A stretch of DNA of 64,000 nucleotides, taken from an uncultured delta proteobacterium. GTDB lineage: Bacteria > Myxococcota_A > Polyangia > Polyangiales > Polyangiaceae. Shown in pieces: positions 11,332 through 21,789 of the stretch; the first letter of the stretch is position 1, and each line of letters opens with the position of its first letter. A program made the translations under genes and the position numbers. The notes under the pieces were generated by a model, which saw only the letters and a program-made list of their open reading frames with translations, did not search any database and was not told the origin of the DNA. Location: the NCBI GenBank assembly GCA_963782055.1, contig CAWAIF010000003.1, positions 768,001 to 832,000 on the forward strand. Reading direction: 5' to 3'.

Positions 11332-11793
11332 TCAGTGGCCCGGTCCGTAGCCGTCGCAGGTGACGCCTGGGTGCGCGTCACCGATGTTGGGGCAGCAATT
11401 GGTGGTGCCCACGGGGGGGCAACACGCCCAGACGGAGGGGTAAACAGCCACGTTCCATGCGCAGTGCGCGAGCCAGTGGGGACCGCCCTCCTCGTCTGGC
11501 GGCCAGAGCCCGCAGTAGATTCTTCGCCAGCCGCCATCGGCGTAGTAGGGCATGTGCGCGTCGTGATCGCAGTCGGCCACGGGCCCGAGGACGGGATCGC
11601 AGCACTCTCCGACGTAGGCGCCGTCGCCCCCGTCCGTCGAGGCCGCCCCGTCCCCGTGGAAGGCGGCGTCGACGTCGTCGCCGCCTTCCGCCCCGAAGAG
11701 CCGCCCCCCGCACGCGGCGACCGAGAGCAACGAGCCGGCGGCCGCCGCAGCCAGGAGGGAGACGAGCACGAGTCTGGAAGGTGTTGCATTCAT
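11332..11793 (-). CDS. Small Cys-rich lipoprotein, copy 1
   Basis: Lipobox VAAC; CC pairs; start adjacent to the upstream gene's stop. Confidence 0.7.
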   Translation of the reverse strand: MNATPSRLVLVSLLAAAAAGSLLSVAACGGRLFGAEGGDDVDAAFHGDGAASTDGGDGAYVGECCDPVLGPVADCDHDAHMPYYADGGWRRIYCGLWPPDEEGGPHWLAHCAWNVAVYPSVWACCPPVGTTNCCPNIGDAHPGVTCDGYGPGH

Positions 11794-11797
11794 CTCG

Positions 11798-12555
11798 TCA
11801 CGGAGGGGCGATGCTGGAGACGTGCATCACGCTGTGGCCGGAGGTCCAGTCGCCGCTGAAGTCGAGCCACCAGAGCCCGCCATTGGCCGAGATGGAGTTG
11901 TGCCGTCCGAGGACGTCCCAGTCGAAGCCGTTGTTGATGGGGACGCCCAGCAACGTAGCAGGCGCGGGTGGGACGGGCCAGATGCGGCCGAGGGACGGCC
12001 CCGAGAGGAAGCCCGGGTTTGCGACGGTGAACTGCGATGCAGTGACGCCGTACACCCCGCTCGGCTGGTTCTGGTGGGTGGAGTCCTCGATGGAGTCCAC
12101 CCACGCCAAGCCGACCGAGCCGGTGCCGTAGCCCGTCCAGAAGTGATCGGCGGCCAGCGCCGGCAGGAACTGATCCTGCGGAGGGTTGCCGGGCTGGGTG
12201 CTGTGGTCGGAGTGAAAGACGGGCACAGGTCCGATGTAACCGGGCGCCGAGGGGAAGGTGAAGGCGTTCGACTCGATGTAGGTGCCCGGGATGGGGCCGT
12301 AGGTGTGGTTCCACACGGCGACCGCGTCGATCACCGAGCTGGTGTTGTGGTCGAAGGCGAGCTGCGACCGCGCGTCGTTGACGTAGCTCGCGTCACCGGG
12401 GAAGAAGCCGACGCACGTGGGCCACGGATCGTTCGTGGCGTGGGAATCACCGAGTTCAGCGCCTCGGATGACGTGCTCACCGCCTCGTCGTCAACCGCGC
12501 ACGCCGCCAGCACCGCGGCCAGGGTGGCGATGGCCGCCAGACTCAGTCGTTTCAT
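11798..12555 (-). pseudogene. Deleted, frameshifted copy of the 579-aa BNR-repeat lipoprotein
   Basis: Matches 22497-24236 except for a 982-bp deletion at 12447-12448 (TC microhomology), which shifts the frame. Confidence 0.9.
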
Positions 12556-12712
12556 GCGAACCTCCTTCGGCCCGACGTCGCAGCCGGAGCTCGCCAGTGC
12601 CTGGCCCGCCACCGACTGCCTGCCTCGCCGTGCACCAACGACGCTACGCGGATCCCGTCATTCGTAAATACAAGCGAGCTTGTATGTTACCGATGGGGAA
12701 GCGATCTACAGA

Positions 12713-13930
12713 CTAGCGTGTACTCGACTTGGTGCCGCCGGTGACGCCGACGACGAGGAGCGCGGCCAGGAACGCGGCGGCGCCGGCGGCGACGCCCTGC
12801 ACGACGGCGTAGGGCACGAGCGTCAGGTGCGGCTCGCCGTGCAGGGCGTAGCCGGCGAAGGCGGCGGCGAGCGACACGACGACCGCGGTGAGCCACGGGC
12901 GGAAGCGGTACATGAGCAGCGCGGGCACGAAGCCGATGAGCGCGGCGACGGCGGGGTAGACCAGCTCGAGGTGCGTGCCGAAGACGGGCAGCGGGCCGCT
13001 CCGGGCGAGGAGCTTCGCGCCCTCGGCGGCGAGCTTGGCGGCGCCCAGGCCGGCGCCGACGAAGAGGATCATGTAGCCGAAGGCGGTGAGCCCGGCGCGC
13101 GTGGTGAACCGGCTGGGCGCGGGCGCCTTCTTCTTCGCCGGCGCCTTCCTCGCGGCGGGCTTCGCCCGCGCCTCCTCCCCCTCGGGCGCGTCCGCCTCCG
13201 CCTCGTCGGCGCGCGCCGCGGTCGCCTTGCCGCGCGCGCCGGGCGCGGGCATCGGCCCGGACGTCGACGGCGGCGCGTCGCCCACCGTCATCACCATCGG
13301 CGGCGGCGTGCCGGAGGGCACCACCTCCGAGATGGACGGGCGCGTCTTCAGCCCCTGCCCGTGCGCGCGCGCGCGTCGCAGGTAGAGCTCGCGCTCCTCG
13401 GTGGACACGGTGGGATCGTCGGCGAGGAGGACGGCGTGGCGCACGCTCCCCATCTCGGCGAGGGCGCGCGCGTACCCCGGGCTGTCCGGCGCGTCGGTCA
13501 CCCCCGCGCTGCGCGCCGCGCTGCGGTACCACACGTCGGCCTTGTCGGCGTCGGCGCCGTAGTGCACGCCCAGCTCGTAGAGGTTGGCCAGGTAGACCTT
13601 CGCCTCGACGAAGCCGCCGTCGGCCGCGGCGCGCAGGTGCGCGGCGCCCTCCTTCAGGTCCTGCGGGACGACGCCGCCCGCCAGGTGGAAGAGCGCCAGC
13701 GCGTACTCCGCCTCCGGGCTGCCCAGCTTGGCCGCCGTCGCGTACGTCTCGTAGCACCGCCGCAGGTCCTTCGGCTGGCCGTGCAGGCCGCCGCGGAAGG
13801 CCCTGGCGAGGAGCAGCAGACCCTCGACGTCGCCGGCGCGCTCCAGGTCCTCGCGCGTGCCGAGCTCGACTTCCCCCTCTTCCTCGGGGAGGTCTTCCTC
13901 TTGCTCGCCTTCAGGACGCCGGGCCGCCAT
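12713..13930 (-). CDS. Sel1-repeat protein with C-terminal multi-TM domain, copy 1
   Basis: A.Y.LA..H..G.VVPQDLKEG...LRAAA.GG..EA...LA.LY..G Sel1 repeats; about 4 hydrophobic helices. Confidence 0.85.
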   Translation of the reverse strand: MAARRPEGEQEEDLPEEEGEVELGTREDLERAGDVEGLLLLARAFRGGLHGQPKDLRRCYETYATAAKLGSPEAEYALALFHLAGGVVPQDLKEGAAHLRAAADGGFVEAKVYLANLYELGVHYGADADKADVWYRSAARSAGVTDAPDSPGYARALAEMGSVRHAVLLADDPTVSTEERELYLRRARAHGQGLKTRPSISEVVPSGTPPPMVMTVGDAPPSTSGPMPAPGARGKATAARADEAEADAPEGEEARAKPAARKAPAKKKAPAPSRFTTRAGLTAFGYMILFVGAGLGAAKLAAEGAKLLARSGPLPVFGTHLELVYPAVAALIGFVPALLMYRFRPWLTAVVVSLAAAFAGYALHGEPHLTLVPYAVVQGVAAGAAAFLAALLVVGVTGGTKSSTR

Positions 13931-15632
13931 GGGCTCTCTCCACCTCGGCGAGCACCGCCAGCAGCCGGCGGGTGCGCGGCTCGTCGGCGGGAGGCCTGGG
14001 GGAGCTGCCGCGGTTCTTCAGGTAGAACTCGCCCAGGTGCTCGGCCCAGGTGCGGTACTTGCGGCGGCCGGCGAAGATGATCTCCACGTCCGCCGCGGGG
14101 GTGGACTCGTCGGCGTCGAAGTCGACGTTGCTCCAGTCGATGGCGTCGCCCGGCTGGCCGGGTCGGCCGATCTCTTCGGCGTAGCTGAGACGCACCGGCG
14201 GCGCGGGCGTGGTGCGCTCGCCGTCGACCAGCAGGCCCACCATCGCGTCGGTCACCTTCACCTGCAGGATGCGAGCGACCAGGCGGAAGCTCACCGTGCT
14301 GCGTGAGAAGTACGGGTAGATGGCGGCGCCCACGATGGGCAGCACCTGCCGGGAGGTGCACACCTCCCGCACGAAGCCGTCCACCATCGCCTGCGGGAGG
14401 GCGAGGTCGGACTCGCGGAGTCGCTCGCTCGCCGTCTGCATCCACCACTTGAGGGTGTGCACCAGCACGCGCTTGACCTTGTCGCTCGCCTTGATCGACA
14501 TGGGCGCCACCTGCGACCACGCCCGGCGCACCTCGTCCTCCAGGGCGTCCTCGTCGGCCACGAAGCGGCGCACCAGGTCGCCGAAGACGGCGCCGCTCGC
14601 CCGGCGTCGCATCTCGCGGTCGACCGCCTCCACCAGCGCGCGCGCGCTCGCCTCGATGCGCTCGCGCTCCTCCGCCTCGTCCTTCGAGGGCGTGAGGGCG
14701 CGCAGCACGCTGACCAGCTCGCCGTGGATGGCCCTCGCCTCCGCCTCCAGCTCGCGGGCCTTCACGTCGTCCTGCATCTTGTCGCGCAGGGCGGTGCAGA
14801 GGAGGGGCACGCCGCTGCGCGGCAGGCCGTCGTCGCTGGTGCCCTCGACGGCCGCCCACTTCGCCTCGAACCGGGCGATGTGTCGCTGCACGGCGCGCGA
14901 CTGCATGTAGCCGGTCTTCACCACGTCGTAGTCGGGGTCGGTGGGCTTGAGCGTCGTCATCTGGTCCGCGTAGGGGTTGCGGACCCAGAACATGTTGGCG
15001 AAGGGGCGGCTCTTGGCCCCCCAGTTGTAGAGCCAGGAGGACGCGCCGCGCGCCCAGAACTCGACGCACGCCTCCTGCACGCGCGAGTCCCAGCGATCAC
15101 GCGCGTTGTCGCTCCGCAGCGCGCTCAGGCTCATGTCGTACTTGGTCAGCGCGACGAAGAGGCTGGGGCGCTCCACGTCGCCGGCGAGCGTGGGGGTGGG
15201 GGAGCCGTGGCGGATGCGCAGCCAGCTCTCCACCTGCGACTGCATCTGGATCGCCTCCGGCTTCGTCGGGCCGGGCGAGCAGAGCACCAGCGCGGTGATC
15301 TCCCGGTCGAGGGAGAACTGCTCGAAGAGGTAGGTGAGCTTGCCGCGCTTGTAGACCTCGATGGCGTTGTCCATCTGGCCGGTGGACAGCTCCGCCTGGC
15401 CGAAGCCGTTGATGCCCTTGAGGGCGCGGCCGCCGGGGAAGTCGAGCAGATCGCACATCTCCAGCAGGGAGCCCTTCGCGCGGGCGAGCTGCAGGCGGAT
15501 CTCGGCGATGAGGCCGGCGAGGACGCCGGGGGCGATCTGCGACTCGCGCGCGCCGCCGGCGGGGCGCACGCGCATCATGCCGCCGCCCTTGCCCATCGCG
15601 TTGAGGCAGGCGGCGTCGATGATGGTGGTCAT
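13911..15632 (-). pseudogene. N-terminally truncated SrfC-like GTPase (C-terminal ~570 aa); frame still open
   Basis: Matches the C-terminal two-thirds of 25555-28086; cut at the duplication junction; lacks the Walker A; in-frame ATG at 15632. Confidence 0.85.
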
Positions 15633-16716
15633 GAAGGTCGCATCCCTCACCGCCCTCCTCATCGGCTCGCTCCTCGTCGCCTCCACCGCCCTCGCCAGGC
15701 CGGCGGAGCACGCGCACAAGACCCGGCGGCACCGCCATCACGCGACCGCCATGCACACCACCCAGGTCCACTCCAAGGACGACTCCACCCCCGGTCGCGT
15801 CGACGCGCCGCCGCTCCAGCTGCGCGGGACGTCGCGTCACCACGCCGCGGTGCACGAGGAAGGGGCCGACCGCCAGGACGCCCACGCCGACGGCCGGAGC
15901 GCGCCGGCGCGCGAGACGAAGAAGGATGGGAAGAAGTCGGGCCCGGCGACCGAGCTGGTGCACGGCAAGCACTCGGTCAAGCACCACGGCAAGCACCGGA
16001 AGGCGAAGCCCAAGCCGCCGTGCCTGCGCGATCCCATCACCCTGACGCGCGGGATCGAGGAGGAGCGCTTCTCCCTCACCGAGTGCAGCGGCGCGATCGC
16101 GCCCCTGGCGGTGGACCACATCTCCATGCTCGCGCGACCCGGCAGCATGCTGCGCCCGGACAGGACGTTCGCGGAGCTGGCCAAGCAGAAGGGGCCCTTC
16201 CTCGCGCCGGGCATCAAGCGGGTGAACCCGGGGCTCGCGCTGCGCCTGCAGCAGGTCGTCGACCACTTCGCAAAGAAGGGCAAGCCGGTGCGGCTGCACC
16301 TCATCTCCGGCTATCGCCCGCAGAGCCACGGCAGCTACCACGCCAAGGCGAGCGCGATGGACTTCAACATGGAGGGCGTGACCAACGAGGCGCTGGTGGC
16401 GTTCTGCAAGACGCTCCAGGACACCGGCTGCGGCTACTACCCCAACTCCACCTTCATCCACATGGACGTGCGGCCGGGAGGCACCGGGCACGTCGCCTGG
16501 ATCGACGCGAGCGGCCCGGGCGAGAAGCCGCACTACGTGGCGGCGTGGCCGCCGCCGCCGGAGCCGAAGCCGACGGAGCTGGACGACCGGCTCGCCAAGA
16601 TCCTCCCGGGCGTCCCGGTGGACGCGCACCCCGCCGAGGTGATGGGCGGAGGCACGCCGCCGCCCCCCGCGCCTCCGATGCCGGGCGACGTCGACAGCGA
16701 CGAGACGACGCTCTGA
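15631..16716 (+). CDS. YcbK/DUF882 (peptidase M15-type) protein, copy 2
   Basis: Same motifs as copy 1; ATG lies 6 nt from the junction, so the native upstream region is absent. Confidence 0.85.
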   Translation: MKVASLTALLIGSLLVASTALARPAEHAHKTRRHRHHATAMHTTQVHSKDDSTPGRVDAPPLQLRGTSRHHAAVHEEGADRQDAHADGRSAPARETKKDGKKSGPATELVHGKHSVKHHGKHRKAKPKPPCLRDPITLTRGIEEERFSLTECSGAIAPLAVDHISMLARPGSMLRPDRTFAELAKQKGPFLAPGIKRVNPGLALRLQQVVDHFAKKGKPVRLHLISGYRPQSHGSYHAKASAMDFNMEGVTNEALVAFCKTLQDTGCGYYPNSTFIHMDVRPGGTGHVAWIDASGPGEKPHYVAAWPPPPEPKPTELDDRLAKILPGVPVDAHPAEVMGGGTPPPPAPPMPGDVDSDETTL

Positions 16717-16790
16717 GCTCACCCCCTCTGACCTCACCCCCCGGCCCCCTCTCCCTACGACGGAGAGGGGGAGAAGAAGAGGGAGGCGTC
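16717..16790. repeat. REP-like palindrome, opposite orientation to the copy-1 element
   Basis: CTCACCCCC x2, then CCCCCTCTCC-N7-GGAGAGGGGG (16745-16771). Confidence 0.7.
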
Positions 16791-16803
16791 GCCCGGCGAT
16801 CGT

Positions 16804-17256
16804 CTACTCGAGCAGGGTGGCGACGGCCTGGCGGACGTCGTCGACGTGGCGGTCGATGAGGATCTCGTGGTGGAAGACGTGGCGCACGATGCCGCCGGCG
16901 TCGACGATGAGGGTGACGCGCTTGGGCACCGAGAAGAGCGGCCAGAGCACGCCGCAGCTGCGCGCGATGGCGCCGCCCTCGTCGCCCACCAGGGGGAACG
17001 GCACGCCCGCCCACTCGGCGAACTCGCACTGCTTGTCGTGCGGGTCGGGGGAGATGCCGATGACCTCCACGCCCATCTCGGCGAGCTCGGGGTACTCGTC
17101 CCGGAAGCCCTTCGTCTCGCGGGTGCAGCCGGGGGTGAAGGCCCTGGGGAAGAAGTAGATGACGAAGAGGCGGCCCCGCAGCTCGGCCGTGGAGATCATC
17201 CGGCCCTCGGTCGTGCGGGCGGTGAATGCTGGGATGGGGTCGCCGATTCTGATCAA
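16804..17256 (-). CDS. bcp: Peroxiredoxin (BCP/PrxQ family), copy 2
   Basis: YFFPRAFTPGCTRE; TTG start preceded by GGAGGAG. Confidence 0.88.
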   Translation of the reverse strand: MIRIGDPIPAFTARTTEGRMISTAELRGRLFVIYFFPRAFTPGCTRETKGFRDEYPELAEMGVEVIGISPDPHDKQCEFAEWAGVPFPLVGDEGGAIARSCGVLWPLFSVPKRVTLIVDAGGIVRHVFHHEILIDRHVDDVRQAVATLLE

Positions 17257-17383
17257 CGCTCCTCCGATGGATGCTCCGGACGGGCTGCCAGTTGCAGCGG
17301 AGCTCGTGCGGACGCGGGCCAGGCGCCCGGAGACCGATCCTGGATTGTCGCTCGCCCGGAGGATTCCGGCCATAATGTCCTGC

Positions 17384-17812
17384 GTGAGCGAGGCGAATCC
17401 GGACGCGGCCACCGGGGATGAGGTCCAGGGCGAGGAGGTCGAGGAGTCGGCTGCCGCCACGCCGGCCGGGGAGCCCGGGCCCACCGGCGACGCCATCCTG
17501 GACGCGCTCTGGGCCAAGGCGCTGGAGGACTGGGGGGACGACAAGCCCCACGCCTCGCTGCTCGAGTACGCGATGCGTCAGGAGCGGCTGCCCGACCTGG
17601 CCGGCCTCTACCGCACCGTGCGCGACGATCCGGAGAAGGGCGAGCTGGCGAGGAAGAAGCTGGACGGCATCGTGGTGGCGGCCACGCAGATGCTCTTCGC
17701 GATGAAGACGCCGCGCCCCACCAAGACGCCCTTCTGGATGCTGGCCAGCGCCTTCGCGACCTGCGCCATCCTGCTCGGCTGGCTGGCGTACGCGATCCTC
17801 CGGCCTCAGTAG
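17384..17812 (+). CDS. Hypothetical protein with C-terminal TM helix, copy 2 (shorter acidic N-terminus)
   Basis: Homologous to 6391-6897; CATAAT-N7-GTG. Confidence 0.75.
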   Translation: MSEANPDAATGDEVQGEEVEESAAATPAGEPGPTGDAILDALWAKALEDWGDDKPHASLLEYAMRQERLPDLAGLYRTVRDDPEKGELARKKLDGIVVAATQMLFAMKTPRPTKTPFWMLASAFATCAILLGWLAYAILRPQ

Positions 17813-19449
17813 CCCGTCGACTTCGGCGCGGGGTCGTTGCTCCTGGTGATGCCGTGGGCGAGGATGTACGCCTCGAACTGCGCCGACTCCTGGTCGAGCG
17901 CGTCGACGAGCGCGCTGACGGCGGCGACCGCCGCGTCCGCCGAGGCGCCCTTCAGGTTCGCGGTGCGGTTCTGCGCGTCGTAGAGCTCGCCGCACACGTA
18001 GTGGAAGACGTCTTGCTGCGCGCGCCAGTCGAGCTCGCTCTTCGGGACGACGCCGGCGAACGCCGACTCCACCGCCGCCACCAGCTCGGGGTGGGTCTCG
18101 CGCAGGTAGTCGGTCGCGAGCACCTTGAGCGTCGACATGTCGGGGTACTCCTGCATGTCGGCGCCGTTGTTGAGGACGTCGGCGTAGGAGGGGTCGCCCG
18201 GCCGGAGCTGGTTGCCCACGATGACCTGGCCGGTGACGGGGTTGCCCGCGGAGTCCTTCTGGCCGGGCCGCGCGAGGGCGCGGACGACCAGGCCGTAGAA
18301 CTGCGCGCTGGTCATGTTGTAGCCCCAGCCCAGGGTGGGCCAGCCGAAGGCCATCCCGCGGTAGTCCTCGATCGCCATCACCGCGTACCAGTCGGTGATC
18401 GCGGAGCGGCCCGTCGGGGAGAGCTGCGAGGCGCGCGCGGGGTCGGACTTCACCAGCAGGTCCATCATCGCGCGCGCGTAGAGGGGATCGTCCGACGCGG
18501 GCATCGCGCCCATGTCGAGGAGCTGGCGGCCGAAGGTGCTGGCGAGCGGGCCGTGGAGCGGCGTCTGCATCGCGACGACGCCGATGCGCTCGGCGCGCGC
18601 GGGGCGGTCGGTGATGAAGTACGCCATCGCGTCGCTGGTGATGGGCAGGCGCACCGAGCGGCCGGCGGCGGTGGAGAAGTACATGGAGAAGGTGGAGATG
18701 GCGAGGCCGGCGAGGCTCGGGTCCTTGAGGTTCGCCGTGATGGCGCTCGTGAACTTCTTCTCCTTGGTCAGCCGGTGCGGCGTGGTCTTGAGGTGATCCA
18801 CCGCGGTGACGATGCTGGCGAAGCTCGCGTTGCGCTCCGCCCAGGTGCTCCCCTTGAGGTACTTGTACTGCCACAATCCGTGCTTGTAGAGCTCGCAGGT
18901 GTGCAGCCACGCGCCGACGCTGCTCGCGTGGAAGATGGTGTAGGACTCGCGGTCCTGCTGCGCGGCGGGGGCGAGCTCCTCCAGGAGGAAGGAGCGGAAG
19001 GGGCGGTCGCCCGGCAGCTTCAGCGTGATGGGCTTCTTCGCGGCGTAGTCGCGCTTCAGGTACACCGCGTGGCCGAAGGCGGTGCCCTCGATGACGTCGT
19101 CGCTCGCGTACCACTTGTTCGCCTCGATCGCGAGGGAGCTCGATCCCTCGGTGAGGGTGTCCGCGCTGCGGGTGAGCGTGTGGGCCGAGCCGTCGACGAG
19201 GTCGAGCCGGATGCCGGCCGCGGGCCAGGACTCGATCATGGAGTCGCCGGTCTGCTTCTGGCCGTCGATCGTGGTGACCCACAGGCCGTTGAGATCGTCG
19301 TCGCCGAGGGAGAGGCCCTCGTAGGTCTCGTCGGAGGTGTCCTCGGCGGCGCCGGCGCTGCAGCCGGTGACGGCCGACTGCGCCAGCAGGGCGAGGGCGG
19401 GGAGGAGGAGGAGGCCAAGGCGGGGGCGATTCTTGAAGTGGAGGTCCAT
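17806..19449 (-). CDS. Hypothetical lipoprotein, 547 aa, copy 2
   Basis: Lipobox AVTGC; homologous to 6891-8534. Confidence 0.85.
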   Translation of the reverse strand: MDLHFKNRPRLGLLLLPALALLAQSAVTGCSAGAAEDTSDETYEGLSLGDDDLNGLWVTTIDGQKQTGDSMIESWPAAGIRLDLVDGSAHTLTRSADTLTEGSSSLAIEANKWYASDDVIEGTAFGHAVYLKRDYAAKKPITLKLPGDRPFRSFLLEELAPAAQQDRESYTIFHASSVGAWLHTCELYKHGLWQYKYLKGSTWAERNASFASIVTAVDHLKTTPHRLTKEKKFTSAITANLKDPSLAGLAISTFSMYFSTAAGRSVRLPITSDAMAYFITDRPARAERIGVVAMQTPLHGPLASTFGRQLLDMGAMPASDDPLYARAMMDLLVKSDPARASQLSPTGRSAITDWYAVMAIEDYRGMAFGWPTLGWGYNMTSAQFYGLVVRALARPGQKDSAGNPVTGQVIVGNQLRPGDPSYADVLNNGADMQEYPDMSTLKVLATDYLRETHPELVAAVESAFAGVVPKSELDWRAQQDVFHYVCGELYDAQNRTANLKGASADAAVAAVSALVDALDQESAQFEAYILAHGITRSNDPAPKSTGY

Positions 19450-19501
19450 GAGGAGCGTCCTTGTACGAGGGAGGCCTACCGGTCCTTCCCAGGCTGGAAG
19501 G

Positions 19502-20941
19502 TCAATGAAAGGCCCACTCGGGGGCCGCGTCGCACGAGACGAGCGGGATGGTGGAGGCGACGCCGTCGTTCACGAAGTCCTGCTGGATGTCGGCGAGCGT
19601 CTCGCTGCCGCCGCTGATCGGGAGGGTGGTCTCGGTGTCGGCCAGGCTCTTCGCCTCGCCGCACGCGTCGACGGTCGTGTAGGCGCGGTCGTCGCCGATG
19701 GCGGCGACGAGGTCCGGCGCGCCGTAGAACGCCTGGCCGGACACGGTGGTGAGCATCACGTCGGCGGGGCCGGCGTCGATGAGGGCGCGGTAGGGGTGCG
19801 TCACGTCCCCGCGCACGACGACGAGGTCGGCGAAGAGGCCCTTGCGGATGGATCCGATCTTGTCGTCCATCGCCACCGTCTTCGCGGGGTTGATGGTCAC
19901 CATGTTGACGAGCTGCCGGTCGGTGATGAGGCCGGCGAAGCGCTCGCGGTTGACGCGGTCGGCGACCTTCAGCTCCGCGAGGACGTTGGCGCTGCCGGAG
20001 GGCGACCAGTCGGGGGCAATGGAGACGGTGATGCCGTCGGCGAGGGCGGTGGGGATGTCGGTCGTCTGCCCGTAGAGCGCCAGGTTGGAGAGGGGCGACC
20101 AGACGATCTTCATGCCGGCCTGGCCCATCTTCGCGAGGCGCGGGGCGTCGAGGGCCGTCGCGTGGATGGCCACCACCTGCGGTTTGACCAGGCCGATCTG
20201 CTCGAGGTAGTCGAACTCGGCGCGGGAGGAGTCGTCGGTGCCCTCGGCGAGGTGGATGAAGAACGCCTTGGTCTTCCCGTTCGCGAACTGCGCGTTGAGC
20301 GCGTCGGCGTCCGATTGCTTCAGCGCCGTCACGGGCAGGACGTCCTGGCGGATCTCGTCCTTGCAGAAGTTCTTGAACTCCACGTTGCGCACCCACGAGC
20401 GCGTGCAGGTGAGATCCGCCGACCCCTGGATGGTGGTGGTGCCGCCGGCGAGGGCGCGGAACTCGCCGTACTTCACCGCCTCGCACATGTGGTGGGCCTT
20501 CTTGACTGCGTTGTATGGCGCCTTCACCGCGGCGGAGTACGCGCTGGCGCGCGCCCACTGGTAGCGGTCGCTCCAGCGCCGGCCGGAGTTCCAGAAGGGG
20601 ATGAAGTCGTAGGCGACGTGGTTGTGGAGGTCGATGAGGCCCGGCGCGATGACGCCGCCGGTCTCGATGATCTTCGCGTCGGACGGGACATCGGCGACGT
20701 CGGTCACCACGCCGGTGATGTGCTCGGCGGAGACGACGACGTACGCGGTCTCGGGGCCGTCGGGCAGCAGGGCGGTGCCGTGAAGGGCGTAGGTGGGGCC
20801 CGCGATGGCGGTGCAGCCGGTCTGGTAGGACGACGACGACTGCGAGTCATCGGCGGTGGTCTCGCCACCTGCCGACGAGCAGGCGGCCGACGCGAGGCAC
20901 ACCGCGGCCATCAGCGCGGCCGCGCGAACGAACGTACGCAT
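19502..20941 (-). CDS. Amidohydrolase-superfamily lipoprotein, copy 2
   Basis: Same motifs; 5' part identical to copy 1, 3' part diverged. Confidence 0.88.
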   Translation of the reverse strand: MRTFVRAAALMAAVCLASAACSSAGGETTADDSQSSSSYQTGCTAIAGPTYALHGTALLPDGPETAYVVVSAEHITGVVTDVADVPSDAKIIETGGVIAPGLIDLHNHVAYDFIPFWNSGRRWSDRYQWARASAYSAAVKAPYNAVKKAHHMCEAVKYGEFRALAGGTTTIQGSADLTCTRSWVRNVEFKNFCKDEIRQDVLPVTALKQSDADALNAQFANGKTKAFFIHLAEGTDDSSRAEFDYLEQIGLVKPQVVAIHATALDAPRLAKMGQAGMKIVWSPLSNLALYGQTTDIPTALADGITVSIAPDWSPSGSANVLAELKVADRVNRERFAGLITDRQLVNMVTINPAKTVAMDDKIGSIRKGLFADLVVVRGDVTHPYRALIDAGPADVMLTTVSGQAFYGAPDLVAAIGDDRAYTTVDACGEAKSLADTETTLPISGGSETLADIQQDFVNDGVASTIPLVSCDAAPEWAFH

Positions 20942-21087
20942 CGAGAAGCTCCTTCTTGGGGCGGAACGCGCCGCGCGCCCGGGACCCGGGGCGGTGCGTT
21001 CGTGGAAGTGGCGGCGCGTGTGGCCGCGATGGTTCCGATGTACGCGGCTGTCGTCGGGAAGTTTCCCTCCCGGTGCGCGAGGGGGCG

Positions 21088-21588
21088 CTACCGTCCTCGC
21101 GCCTTCCGACGTGGCGTGCCCGGCGTGACGCGTGGGCGTTCGCCGCTGACCGCTCTTGGTGCCTGCACTGCGCCGCCAGCCATGGCGACGCACTCGCGCA
21201 AGAGCCGTGCGCTTGCGATGTCGAGGCTGCGGTCGCCGGTCTTCTGCACGAGGTTGTGCACGTGAGTGTCGAGGGTGAGGCGGGAGATACCCATCTCGGC
21301 TGCCATCTCGGAACGATCCACACCGAGCGCGCTGCGCTCGAGCAGCTGCCGCTCGCGTACCGTGAGCTGGTACTGGCGTGCCCACCCGAGCGCCATCTCG
21401 AGGATCCCGGCACCATCGGGGAGACCCGGATCGACGATCACGGCGCACCACGCGTCGTGGCCACCCAGCCGCCTGCGTCCGTCCCGCACAAGACGGCAGT
21501 GCGTGACGCTACCGTAGGGCCGCAAGAGGCGCGTCAAGGCCGACACGACAAGACCGTCGTCCTCGACGAGGAGGAAGCCCGCACCCAT
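21088..21588 (-). pseudogene. Response regulator with an in-frame 61-aa deletion in the receiver domain
   Basis: 183 bp (10525-10707 of copy 1) missing at 21412/21413, CA microhomology; the Thr and Lys-Pro receiver motifs are lost, the HTH is intact. Confidence 0.85.
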
Positions 21589-21789
21589 GAGGCAAGGTTA
21601 CCCCCCCCCCGGGACGACCGTCCAGTCCCGTCGCACAGGCCCCGCAGGGCAAGACGCGGCAGGCGCAGTGGTAGGGCGCCTGGTCGCTGTGCCACCCGCA
21701 GTGCTCCCATAGTCCACTTTCGGGATGGATGTATGAGAGGGCGCATCAAATACGCTGCAACCCGCCATCTGGTGCGTACCGGGCTTGGA

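Larger units (their letters stand above)
4600..15624 (+). repeat. Copy 1 of ~11 kb tandem segmental duplication
   Basis: Same gene order as 15625-27268; alignable throughout. Confidence 0.95.
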
